This document shows, in pieces, positions 55,020 through 64,000 of a DNA stretch of 64,000 bases. Each line of letters begins with the position of its first letter. Position 1 is the first letter of the stretch. The stretch comes from an uncultured Gammaproteobacteria bacterium (GTDB taxonomy: Bacteria; Pseudomonadota; Gammaproteobacteria; UBA9214), in NCBI GenBank assembly GCA_963773065.1, contig CAVYZN010000032.1, positions 128,001 through 192,000 of the forward strand, written 5' to 3'. The position numbers and the translations under genes were made by a program. Under the pieces are notes generated by a model that saw only the letters and a program-made list of their open reading frames with translations, did no database searches and was not told the DNA's origin.

Positions 55020-55692
55020 ATGTCAAGCGCGCATTTCAAACACGATCTGTTCACCCAGTTCGCCCGCATCGCCAAGGCGATGAGTCACGGTAACCGGCTC
55101 GAACTGCTGGAATATCTGGCCCAGGGCGAGCGCAGCGTCGAGGCGCTGGCGACGGTGTCGGGATTGACGGTGGCCAATACCTCGAAACACCTGCAGCAAC
55201 TGCGCCAGGCCGGACTGGTGGAAACCCGCAAGGTCGGCCTGAACGTGATTTACCGCCTGAGCGGCGACGATGTGCTGGACCTGTTCGAGTGTCTGCGCGC
55301 GGTCGCGGAACGACCGTCTGGCCGAGGTGGAGCGCCTGATCAATACCTATCTCACGGTCAAGGACAGTCTGGAGCCGGTGCCGGCCGGTGAGCTGTTGGA
55401 GCGCGCCCGCCAGGGGCTGGTTACCGTGCTCGATGTCCGGCCACCAGAAGAATATGCCGCCGGACACCTGCCGGGCGCCATTAATATCCCGCTGGCTGAA
55501 CTGGAAGCCCGACTTGAAAGCCTGGATTCGCACAAGGAAGTCATCGCCTACTGCCGCGGTCCGCACTGCGTGCTGGCCTTCGATGCCGTGGCTCGTCTGC
55601 GTGAACAGGGACGTCTGGCACGCCGCCTGGAAGGCGGATTTCCCGAATGGCAGCGCGCCGGCCTGCCGGTCGAAACAGCGGGCGAGAACTGA
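55020..55692 (+). CDS. ArsR/SmtB regulator fused to a rhodanese domain (frameshift near 55312)
   Basis: RLELLEYLAQGERSVEALA..SVANTS.HLQ.L-type HTH; LDVRPPEEYAAGHLPGA, YCRGPHC. Confidence 0.88.
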
Positions 55693-55790
55693 ACCGCTGA
55701 CCGGCTGTTGAAAAATCCCTTTTCATAGGCGCACAACTGCGCCCCGCAAGGTAGCCAATCGCGAAAAGGAGCTTGTCAGAAAAATATAGA

Positions 55791-55820
55791 AATGATTATT
55801 ACATATATGTAATAATCATT
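55791..55820. promoter_or_regulatory. Perfect 30-bp palindrome immediately upstream of chrB
   Basis: AATGATTATTACATATATGTAATAATCATT is its own reverse complement. Confidence 0.75.
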
Positions 55821-55824
55821 ACAT

Positions 55825-56790
55825 ATGTCTGATACTACCGCGCCTCGTTGGTTGCTTTTCGCCGCCAGCCTGTCGGGTCGCTTAGCCAGCACCCCGCGGG
55901 TGCGCTTGTGGCGTGCGTTGAAAGAGCGGGGCGCCGCAACGTTGCGGGACGGCGTAACGCTGCTGCCGGCGACCGCTGCCCACTTCGACGCCTTGAAGGA
56001 GATTGGCGCGCAAGTCGAGTCCGAAGGCGGGTCTTCCTGGCTGTTCGAGCTGGCGGCGCAGGCGCCTACGACGGAAGAACGACTGTCGACGCTGTTCGAC
56101 CGCTTCGAGGGCTACGCTGGACTGAGGTCGGCCATTGTCGAACTGCAAGCCGAATCAGCGCGGCTCGACGAGGCCACCGCCAGGCGACGGCTGCGACAGC
56201 TCGAGCGCGAGTTCGAGGCGATTGCCGGTATCGATTTCTTTCCCGGGGAGGCCAGGGCCCGGTCGCGGCAGGCGCTGGAGGCGGTGATTGCCTCGCTCAA
56301 TCGCCGCTACTCCCCCGCGGAACCTTCGGAAGTCGCCGGCGAGGTGCGGCGACTCGACCGTTCCGGTTTCCAGGGCCGGTGCTGGGCCACCCGCAAGCGG
56401 CTCTGGGTCGACCGGGCGGCGAGCGCCTGGTTGATCCGGCGGTTCGTGGATACGCAGGCGCAGTTCATCTGGCTGGAACGGCCGGAAGATTGCCCGGATG
56501 ACGCGCTCGGCTTCGACTTCGATGGGGCTTCGTTTACCCATGTCGGCGAGCGCGTGACCTTCGAGGTCCTGCTGGCGAGTTTCGGTCTCGAGGCCGATCC
56601 GGGTCTCGTCCGCCTCGGGCGACTGGTCCATTACCTGGACGTGGGCGGGGTGCCCGTCGCCGAGGCGGCGGGTTTTGAGGCCGTGCTGGCCGGGCTGCGC
56701 GAAAGCGCCCCGAACGACGACGCCCTGCTGGCCGCCATGGCGCCGGTGCTGAATGCCCTCCACCGCCGTTTTTCGTCGGTGGAGACCTGA
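55825..56790 (+). CDS. chrB: Chromate resistance regulator
   Basis: RVRLWRALK..GA..LRDG, IDFFPG, DRAASAWLIRRFVD, FDFDGA.FTH. Confidence 0.9.
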   Translation: MSDTTAPRWLLFAASLSGRLASTPRVRLWRALKERGAATLRDGVTLLPATAAHFDALKEIGAQVESEGGSSWLFELAAQAPTTEERLSTLFDRFEGYAGLRSAIVELQAESARLDEATARRRLRQLEREFEAIAGIDFFPGEARARSRQALEAVIASLNRRYSPAEPSEVAGEVRRLDRSGFQGRCWATRKRLWVDRAASAWLIRRFVDTQAQFIWLERPEDCPDDALGFDFDGASFTHVGERVTFEVLLASFGLEADPGLVRLGRLVHYLDVGGVPVAEAAGFEAVLAGLRESAPNDDALLAAMAPVLNALHRRFSSVET

Positions 56791-56832
56791 TCTCGCCGGA
56801 TTTTTCGAACAACGCGTACCGAGGAACCAACC

Positions 56833-58207
56833 ATGTCTATAATTACCGAGGCGCTGGCGGCAGAGCCGGCGCCGCCGGCACCGGTCTCTCTCCGGGAAGC
56901 CTTTCTCTACTGGCTCAAGCTCGGCTTCATCAGTTTCGGCGGTCCGGCCGGACAGATCTCGATGATGCACGCCGAACTGGTGGAGCGGCGGCGCTGGATC
57001 AGCGAGCACCGTTTTTTGCACGCGCTCAACTACGCCATGGTGCTGCCGGGACCCGAGGCGCAACAGCTCGCCACCTACATCGGCTGGCTGATGCACGGCA
57101 CCCTGGGCGGCATCATGGCGGGGGTGTTGTTCGTGCTGCCCTCACTGGCCATCCTGATTGCGCTGACCTGGATTTATCTCGCCTACGGCGACCTCCCCGT
57201 GGTCGCCGGCGTGCTCTACGGGATCAAGCCGGCCGTCACCGCTATCGTTGTCTTCGCCGCCTATCGCATCGGCTCGCGGGCGCTGCGCAACGCCGTGCTC
57301 TGGGCCATGGCGGCGGCGGCCTTCGTCGCCATCTTCGCCTTCGACATACCTTTTCCCTCCATCGTACTGGCGGCCGGCATCATCGGCTATATCGGCGGCC
57401 GTATCGCCCCTGGCAAGTTCAAGACTGGCGGTGGCCACGGCGCCGCCGGCAAGTCCTTCGGCCCGGCGATCATCGACGACCACACGCCCCCACCCCACTG
57501 GGCCCGCTTCACCTGGCGTTCCATCTTCGTCCACCTGGCGGTTGGACTCGGACTCTGGGCTCTGGCGGAGGGGCTCCTTTATATGACCTATGGCTGGCAA
57601 GGTCCGCTCACCCAGATGGGCTGGTTCTTCACCAAGGCGGCGCTGGTGACCTTCGGCGGCGCCTATGCGGTGCTTGCCTTATGTCTACCAGGGTGGCGTT
57701 GAACACTACGGCTGGTTGACCGGCACCCAGATGATCGACGGCCTCGCGCTCGGCGAGACCACCCCCGGTCCGCTCATCATGGTGGTCGCCTTCGTCGGCT
57801 TCGTGGGCGGCTGGACCAAGGCGCTCTTCGGTCCGGAGAGTCTCGCGCTCGCCGGCATCGCCGGGGCGACGGTGGCCACCTTCTTCACCTTTCTGCCCTC
57901 GTTCCTGTTTATTCTGGTGGGTGGCCCAGCAGTAGAGGCCACGCGCGATGACATCAAATTCACCGCGCCCTTGACCGGCATCACCGCGGCGGTGGTCGGC
58001 GTGGTGTTGAACCTGGCGGTGTTCTTCGCCTGGCATGTGTTGTGGCCGGAGGCGACCAAAACCACGCCGTTCAGCGGTCGTTTCGAATGGTTTTCGCTCG
58101 TCATCACGATTGCCGCCTTCGTCGCCCTGTGGCGTTACAAGGTCGGCATCATCCCGGTGATCGGCGCCTGCGCGGCGGCCGGTCTTGCGTACTCGCTGCT
58201 TTTCTGA
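56833..58207 (+). CDS. chrA: Chromate efflux transporter (frameshift near 57672)
   Basis: KLGFISFGGPAGQI, LPGPEAQQLA, TFGGAYAVL, ETTPGP. Confidence 0.93.
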
Positions 58208-58294
58208 GGTCCTGTCATGAATTATGCGATGAAACCCCTGGCGAAGTATGGGTTCACGGCAGATTATTCCCGGCAATCCGATCCCTGCGCTGGC

Positions 58295-58465
58295 CTACCC
58301 GGAGGCCGCAGTCGGCGCCTCGTCACGCCGGCGCGCGAAGGTTGCGCGGCGCGGCGCATTGTGAAAGCGCAGCGACTCGGGATAGGGAAACACGTCCGCC
58401 GCTTCGATCGGATACCAGGGCTCAGCCGCGAGTTCGTACTCGGGGTATGGCGGTTCCGCGATGCG
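58295..58465 (-). pseudogene. aceK: Internally deleted 3' remnant of isocitrate dehydrogenase kinase/phosphatase
   Basis: Manual translation RIAEPPYPEYELAAEPWYPIEAADVFP-YPESLRF. Confidence 0.6.
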
Positions 58466-58618
58466 CCCTGCGCCTCGTGTACTCTGGCGCCTATGGAGTC
58501 GCTTCGCCTCACTGGCAACTGGCGCTCCAGGTGGCGTCGCATCCGCTCTGCGATTGCGCGACTTCGCGATGCTGCGCTTCTCGCGGAACGGTGGGCGCCC
58601 CCTGGCGCGATGATGCTC

Positions 58619-58834
58619 TTACGGGATCGAGACCCACCCCTCGAGGGACTGGTGGGCGGCCTCGTCGAGGGTTTTGGGGCCGAACGGATCGCCGTAATTG
58701 CGATCTTGGTCGTCCTCCAGCATCTGGCCAAGCATACCGAGGCGGTTGGAATAGTCCCACACGCCGCCGCGAATCTCGGCCATCGAGCTGACGTCAAGCT
58801 CTCTGCTCAAATCATAGATACGAATGTTGCTCAT
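58619..58834 (-). CDS. Small peptide with a double-glycine-type leader
   Basis: AGGAGG RBS; MSNIRIYDLSRELDVSSMAEIRGG leader followed by a 47-aa acidic core. Confidence 0.65.
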   Translation of the reverse strand: MSNIRIYDLSRELDVSSMAEIRGGVWDYSNRLGMLGQMLEDDQDRNYGDPFGPKTLDEAAHQSLEGWVSIP

Positions 58835-59113
58835 GGTGCCTCCTGAAAAGTTACCTGGTTACGTTGCGGTTGGCACTCCACAGTGAAAATCCCGAGATGC
58901 ACAGCAACTGAGTCACATTTCGTGCCACCACAGCAACTGAACGTGGGTATATCTGCAAGTCCTTGGGAGAAAATCGGTTTTTGTTGTAGAGCCGTTGCGC
59001 TCCAGCTCTGCTTGCGGCACCCGCTTCGAAGGTGAGTTGGATAGGAAACGCCATTCGCCAGTCGAAAGTCCGGTCGGATCCAACATCAACACCCGATCGC
59101 GTCGCACCGCATA

Positions 59114-59402
59114 GGGGTCAGGTCTTGCAATCACGCATACCCCGATTTTGCTTGCTCGTCGGCACGGATGTTAGATCGCTCACCCCTGCTTCGAGCCGGT
59201 GCACTGCGTGGATGACCGTTGAGTAATGCACTCGGGAATAGTCTGCGATCTCCTGCAGGGTGTAAACACCGCTGAGAAAGGCGTGTGCCATAGCTCGCGG
59301 CGAACGGAATGGATTCGCTTGAAGACGGCGAGCTCGATGCTGAGAGGTTTTGCCATATGGCGAAGCATAAATCTCGAATGCTTGATTGCAAGACCTGACC
59401 CC
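59114..59402 (-). mobile_element. Internally deleted RAYT/Y1-transposase element bounded by 20-bp inverted repeats
   Basis: GGGGTCAGGTCTTGCAATCA (59114-59133) and exact inverse (59383-59402); inside are MAKPLSIELA and YTLQEIADY..VHYSTV..AV remnants. Confidence 0.7.
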
Positions 59403-59743
59403 CTGTCTTGTGTCTTGTGTGTGGCGATCTATACGCTACGGGATTTTACCGTTTATACGTAGTTCTACGTACGATATTCCCTTATCCATGATATAGAAAA
59501 TAACAATGACCATGCGGTGTTTCATTTGACAGATGTCAATGTCAAGTAAGCAGCACAACGTTACGCTTCTCACGCAATCCCGCCAACTCTCTAGCCCTCG
59601 GCTCCGACCTGGTTGGGCTGATTGGAATTGCGCCAGAAGAAGACCAGAAGGAGAAAAAAGGCTGAGTAACGTAAGCATAACGAGTCATCGAAATACACAG
59701 GAGACTGGCAACCAAGAATTAAGTATTTACGGAGGAACTAACC

Positions 59744-60406
59744 ATGAAAAGATCAAATCTGGTAGGTACCTTATGCAGTGTAGTGTTAGCTACTGCGACT
59801 GATTGGGCATTGGCAAGTTTCGTAACGTACACGGGAAACTTGTCCGCCGAATCGGCTTGGCAGGCGGCTGCGGGTACTACGGTACTAGAGGACTTCGAGT
59901 CCTATCAAGACGATACACAGATATCGATTTTACCGGCGCTTGGGATTGGTTTTGATCCGTTAGCCGGAGGCGGATTTCCCAATACCTATCTTTTTAGTGA
60001 AGGTCCCCCGCACGGCCCAATGCATTTGGCGAACTTCCCTAACGGGATTAATGACACTAATCGCTGGGATGATGTTGTCCTGCATGTGCTCCCCGGTTAC
60101 GAAATTACCGCACTCGGGTTTTGGAACGGAGATGGTCAAAGCGATACTTTGGTGGCAACAGCTTACGACGCGGCTGACAACATCCTGGGTTCCGTAGGAG
60201 CTTTTAAAGATACCTTTGCGGGTTTCATCTCAGATGTTTCCATACCACGGGTTGTATTTGCTGAAAATACGGGTGATGGATGGAACCATCTGGATGGACT
60301 CCAAACCAACGCTGTAGAAGCTGTGCCAATACCGGCAGCCGTATGGCTGTTCGGTTCCGGACTGCTTGGCTTGCTTGGCATTACCCGGCGCAAGCAGACA
60401 GAGTAA
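59744..60406 (+). CDS. Exported protein with VPLPA/PEP-CTERM sorting signal
   Basis: Signal peptide; C-terminal VPIPAAVWLFGSGLLGLLGITRRK. Confidence 0.88.
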   Translation: MKRSNLVGTLCSVVLATATDWALASFVTYTGNLSAESAWQAAAGTTVLEDFESYQDDTQISILPALGIGFDPLAGGGFPNTYLFSEGPPHGPMHLANFPNGINDTNRWDDVVLHVLPGYEITALGFWNGDGQSDTLVATAYDAADNILGSVGAFKDTFAGFISDVSIPRVVFAENTGDGWNHLDGLQTNAVEAVPIPAAVWLFGSGLLGLLGITRRKQTE

Positions 60407-60509
60407 CCATTAATCAGTGTTACAAGCAGCGGCTTCTTCGAAAGCCGTGACTCAGGTGAAAGCATATGAACCTGTAAATTTTTCATATCAAAGCATGGAG
60501 GAGACGAAG

Positions 60510-61813
60510 ATGAATAAAAGTACTGTTACATACCGTATAAAGCGGGCTCTGATTGGCAGTGTAGCATCATTGGTTTTTCTTTCTGTTGCAAATGTAAGCT
60601 GGGCCGATACGTGGACGGGTACGGTTGATGATTTATGGTCAACGAACGGTAACTGGCTGGATGGCAGCGCGCCAACAAGCACGGATTCGGTTACATTTAA
60701 TTCCGGCGATACAGGTGGTACAAATTTCGTCGATACGAATTTCACAATTACCGGCCTTGAATACCTCATCAATGGTACTCACACGACTAACCTCAACAGT
60801 GGAATCACCCTGCAAGTCGATCAATATCTCAGCCTCGGTTTCCGAAAACACCACCAGTAGCGCAGGCACGGCCGATGGCACGCTGGTGTTGGGCGGCAAT
60901 TCGGTGCTGAATGTGGGCACACCGACGGTGCGGGCGGATCTCGAACCTGGGCTGGAACGAGTCGAGCAACGCGGCGAGTGACGCCACGGGCGTGCTCAAT
61001 GCGCTGGACGGCACGGCGAATCTACGGCTCAACGAGTTCAACATCGGGCGTTCGGTGCGCGGGCAGAGCGCCACGGGGACGCTGCTGTGGGATCAGCCGG
61101 GAGCGATCGATGCGGATGTGATCTATCTGAGCCGCGGTGCAGGTGCGGTGGGCACGATTGCGACGCCGGCCGGCGGGACGTTGAAGCTCGGCTCGGCCAG
61201 TGCGCCGGTGGGGTTTCTGCGCCTTGGCTGGAATGACACCGGTTCTGCGGGAGCGGCCAGCGGCACGCTGGATTTGAGCGTGAACAATCCGACCTTCGAG
61301 GCGGTGATCAGCAACGAGCTGAGCCTGGGTCATAACGGCATTCCCACTGGTGTGGGCACGGCCGATGGCACGCTGGTGCTGGGCGGCAATTCGGTGCTGA
61401 ATGTGGGCACACCGACGGTGCGGGCGGATCTGAACCTGGGCTGGAACGAGTCGAGCAACGCGGCGAGTGACGCCACGGGCGTGCTCAATGCGCTGGACGG
61501 CACGGCGAATCTACGGCTCAACGAGTTCAACATCGGGCGTTCGGTGCGCGGGCAGAGTGCGACAGGGACGTTCTCGATGGGCAGTAACGCTAATGTAGAC
61601 GTCAACGTCGTCAATATTGGGACCGGGACTAACGCTACTGGAACAGTTAATCTGACCGGTGGTCTGATGACCGCAAACATCATCAATCTCGATCAAGGAG
61701 CGTTTAATTTTACCGGTGGCCGGTTAGCGGTCAATACCTTCAACGGCACGCTCACTGATAAAGGTGGTACGCTTGCGCCCGGTGTAGCGCCGAACACGAC
61801 CTCGATTGCGGGG
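60510..61813 (+). pseudogene. Beta-strand-repeat (autotransporter/PEP-CTERM-like) surface protein cut by the intron
   Basis: Signal peptide; TWTG....WSTNGNW..G..P; G/N/T-rich repeats; GGTLAPG; frameshifts; no continuation after the intron. Confidence 0.7.
60865..61570 (+). repeat. Two ~216-bp near-identical intragenic direct repeats (60865-61081, 61355-61570)
   Basis: GGCACGGCCGATGGCACGCTGGTG...GGGCAGAG occurs twice, offset about 490. Confidence 0.9.
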
Positions 61814-63807
61814 ATGCGACCTGGCAAGGTCGCGTAATCGAGTGGGTGCGAATCCCACCCGGGTAGCCGCTAGCCACGGGCCCGGTATTGAGCCTTGCAG
61901 TCAGCGGGGTAACTTGCTGATTGATGCGTAGGTACGAAAGGAGGCGAGGTGCAAAGGTAACAGGTGATGCTGACCCTGAAGACGTTGAGTCCCGAAAACG
62001 GCATCGTTGGAATCGGCCGATGGGTTCCCGCACCCAGCAGGCAACAGTTCCTGACGCGTGAGAGGCAAGTGTCAGGGAACGCCCCGGGATCTAAGGTCGC
62101 TTCGAGCCTCACAAGGCGATTGCGCGGTAACCAGGGAGATCCGACAGTCGGCGCAGAGGGATCTGCGTACCCTCGGACAAGCCTAGCAAGCGAGGAAGAG
62201 GGCGGTGGCGGTCGGAAGTCGGGGGTGCCCATACGAGCGATGAAGCCCGGTAATGCGGGTGGAGCAAAGGGGCACCGGTTTGAGACAACGGGTAAGGGCA
62301 ACATGGCCCGACACTGAGCGGACTGTGACCATGACAACGAAGTTTATCCGTTTCACCGAGAAGGCGCGTGCGGAACCGCAGTTGCGGTTCAATGCCCTGA
62401 TGGGGCTGCTGTTCGACCCGGAGGGGTTGCACGCCAGCTTCGGGCGTCAAGATGGAAAGAAGGCGCCCGGAGTGGATGGAATCAGGAAAGTGGACTATGC
62501 GGAAGGGCTGGAAAGCCGGCTAACGGAGCTGTCGTGTAGCCTGAGGCAAATGGGCTATCGGCCGCAGCCGGTGCGGCGAGTATACATCCCGAAAGGGAAT
62601 GGCCGTCGTCGTCCGCTGGGCATTCCTTGTTTTGAGGATCGCATTGTGCAGGATCGACTGAGTCTGATTCTGCAGGCGATATGGGAGCCGGAGTTTCAGG
62701 ACTGCTCTTTTGGTTTTCGTCCCGGGCGCAGCGCGCACGATGCGCTGCGTCGAGTGGCGGAGGTCATTACCAACGAGCGCACGCAGTGGGTGGTAGAGGC
62801 CGACATTAAAGGCTTCTTCGATCATGTTTCGCATTCCCACCTGCTACGGTTTCTGGAACACCGCATCGCAGACCCGAACGTTCTGCGAATCCTGAAGCGG
62901 TTTCTCAAGGCAGGGGTAATGGAAGATGGGGTGGTCAACGAGGTGAATGAAGGGACCCCACAAGGTGGGTTGGTATCACCGGCATTGGCTAATATTTACC
63001 TCCATTACGTGCTGGACCTGTGGTTCGAGCGGCGTTACAAGAAGTCCTGTCGTGGTAAAGCCTTTTTGGTGCGCTACTGCGACGACTTCATCGCCTGCTT
63101 TCAGCACGAGGATGAGGCGCATCGCTTTCACCGGGAATTGGGGGAGCGAGTGGCTGCCTTTGACCTGGAAGTCGAGCCCAGCAAGACGGCTGTGCTGCGT
63201 TTCGGTACGCAAGCGAAAAGGGATTGCCATCGGGATGGGCTAGGTCGTCCCCAGACGTTCAGCTTCCTGGGGTTGACCCACTACGTCGGTCGCAGTCGTC
63301 GCGGCCGCTTTGTGGTGGGTCGCAAGACTGAGCGGAAGCGGTTCAATGGCAAACTCAAGCAGTTGAACGAGCGTCTGTGCCGGCTACGGATGGCCGGTGG
63401 CAAGGCCATGATGGACTATGTGCGGCGGCATCTTGAAGGGCACATCCGTTACTATGGGGTGAGTGGCAACTACCGGGCGTTGAGTCGCTACGTCATGGCG
63501 GCGAGCCGCCTACTGTACAAGTGGCTCAACCGGCGTAGTCAACGCCGTTCTATCCCTTGGAAGCGGTTCCGTCCGATATTGCTGGAACGCGTGTTGCCGC
63601 GTATACGCATTGTTCACAACCTCTATCCTAAGCCGATCGGAATGACTCAATCTGGGAGCCGGATGGTGTAACGCACCTTGTCCGGTTCTACGAGGGGTCG
63701 GGGACGTACTGCTGTGTGGACACGCTATTGTGGCACCGCCGGGAAACCAGGCGGAACAGAGAAAACAAACAGTGTCCGGGCATGGCGGGAGGAACCGACC
63801 TACTCAC
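61814..63807 (+). mobile_element. Group II intron (ribozyme plus RT/maturase ORF)
   Basis: 5' (A)TGCGACC; domain V GAGCCGGATGGTGTAACGCACCTTGTCCGGTTC at 63656-63688; 3' end CCTACTCAC. Confidence 0.9.
62331..63671 (+). CDS. ltrA: Group II intron reverse transcriptase/maturase, no endonuclease domain
   Basis: APGVDG, RPLGIP..EDRIVQ, SFGFRPGRS, ADIKGFFD, GTPQGG, YCDD, FSFLG, domain X. Confidence 0.95.
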   Translation: MTTKFIRFTEKARAEPQLRFNALMGLLFDPEGLHASFGRQDGKKAPGVDGIRKVDYAEGLESRLTELSCSLRQMGYRPQPVRRVYIPKGNGRRRPLGIPCFEDRIVQDRLSLILQAIWEPEFQDCSFGFRPGRSAHDALRRVAEVITNERTQWVVEADIKGFFDHVSHSHLLRFLEHRIADPNVLRILKRFLKAGVMEDGVVNEVNEGTPQGGLVSPALANIYLHYVLDLWFERRYKKSCRGKAFLVRYCDDFIACFQHEDEAHRFHRELGERVAAFDLEVEPSKTAVLRFGTQAKRDCHRDGLGRPQTFSFLGLTHYVGRSRRGRFVVGRKTERKRFNGKLKQLNERLCRLRMAGGKAMMDYVRRHLEGHIRYYGVSGNYRALSRYVMAASRLLYKWLNRRSQRRSIPWKRFRPILLERVLPRIRIVHNLYPKPIGMTQSGSRMV

Positions 63808-63866
63808 CAAAACCGCACGTCCGGGACTGTGCCGGGAGCTCCGGGTAACCGGAGTCCCTACGGCGG
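63808..63866 (+). ncRNA. 3' half of domain V plus domain VI of a second group II intron-like RNA
   Basis: AAAACCGCACGTCCGGGACTGTGCCGGG followed by hairpin CTCCGGGTAACCGGAG and TCCCTACGGCGG. Confidence 0.65.
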
Positions 63867-63944
63867 AGGCGGCAGAGGTATTACGATGCGTGAGAACCTG
63901 CCCCAATGGTAGAGGGACATGGACAGAACGAGGAGACAAGAGCG

Positions 63945-64000
63945 ATGACAAAGCACAAGACCGGAACACGTGAAGAGTGGCTCGCAGCGCGGCTCGAGCT
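63945..64000 (+). CDS. DUF899-like protein, N-terminus only
   Basis: MTKHKTGTREEWLAARLEL with GAGGAG upstream. Confidence 0.65.
   Translation, partial: MTKHKTGTREEWLAARLE

Noticed and set aside
58217-58846. 209-aa plus-strand ORF after chrA
   Set aside because: Arg-rich with no recognisable family; overlaps the better supported minus-strand peptide and aceK remnant.
60865-63671. Diversity-generating retroelement (repeat pair next to an RT)
   Set aside because: The few repeat differences are not adenine-specific, both copies are within one gene, and the RT lies in a group II intron with domains V and VI.

Overview
GC-rich Gammaproteobacteria-like chromosomal window (taxon inferred from the comM-ubiK/torF-glnK-amtB and asmA-mutY-yggX-tRNA-Phe gene orders). 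Many conserved genes are broken by single-base frameshifts (kdpA, livG, mltD, amtB, asmA, RND pump, copA, copB, chrA), which looks like long-read indel error, so these are not called pseudogenes. Left part: kdp operon with two small membrane peptides, an NRAMP-like transporter, a liv ABC operon, and two decayed IS91/ISCR-like rolling-circle elements. Each element sits with defence-type cargo (a nucleotidyltransferase gene pair; a type I R-M plus Fic locus) between diverged direct duplications of host gene segments. The transposase remnants are riddled with tiny (17-52 bp) hairpin insertions from several families that recur elsewhere in the window. Middle: peptidoglycan enzymes, an unusual coiled-coil/FKBP protein and core genes up to tRNA-Phe. 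Right of the tRNA lies an accessory region: RND pump, copAB/copK, a sulfur/arsenic-type cluster, chrBA, a double-glycine-leader peptide, surface proteins (one with a PEP-CTERM-type tail), and a group II intron whose 3' flank is the broken domain V/VI of a second intron. All calls are by eye; no database searches were run and boundaries can be off by a few bases.
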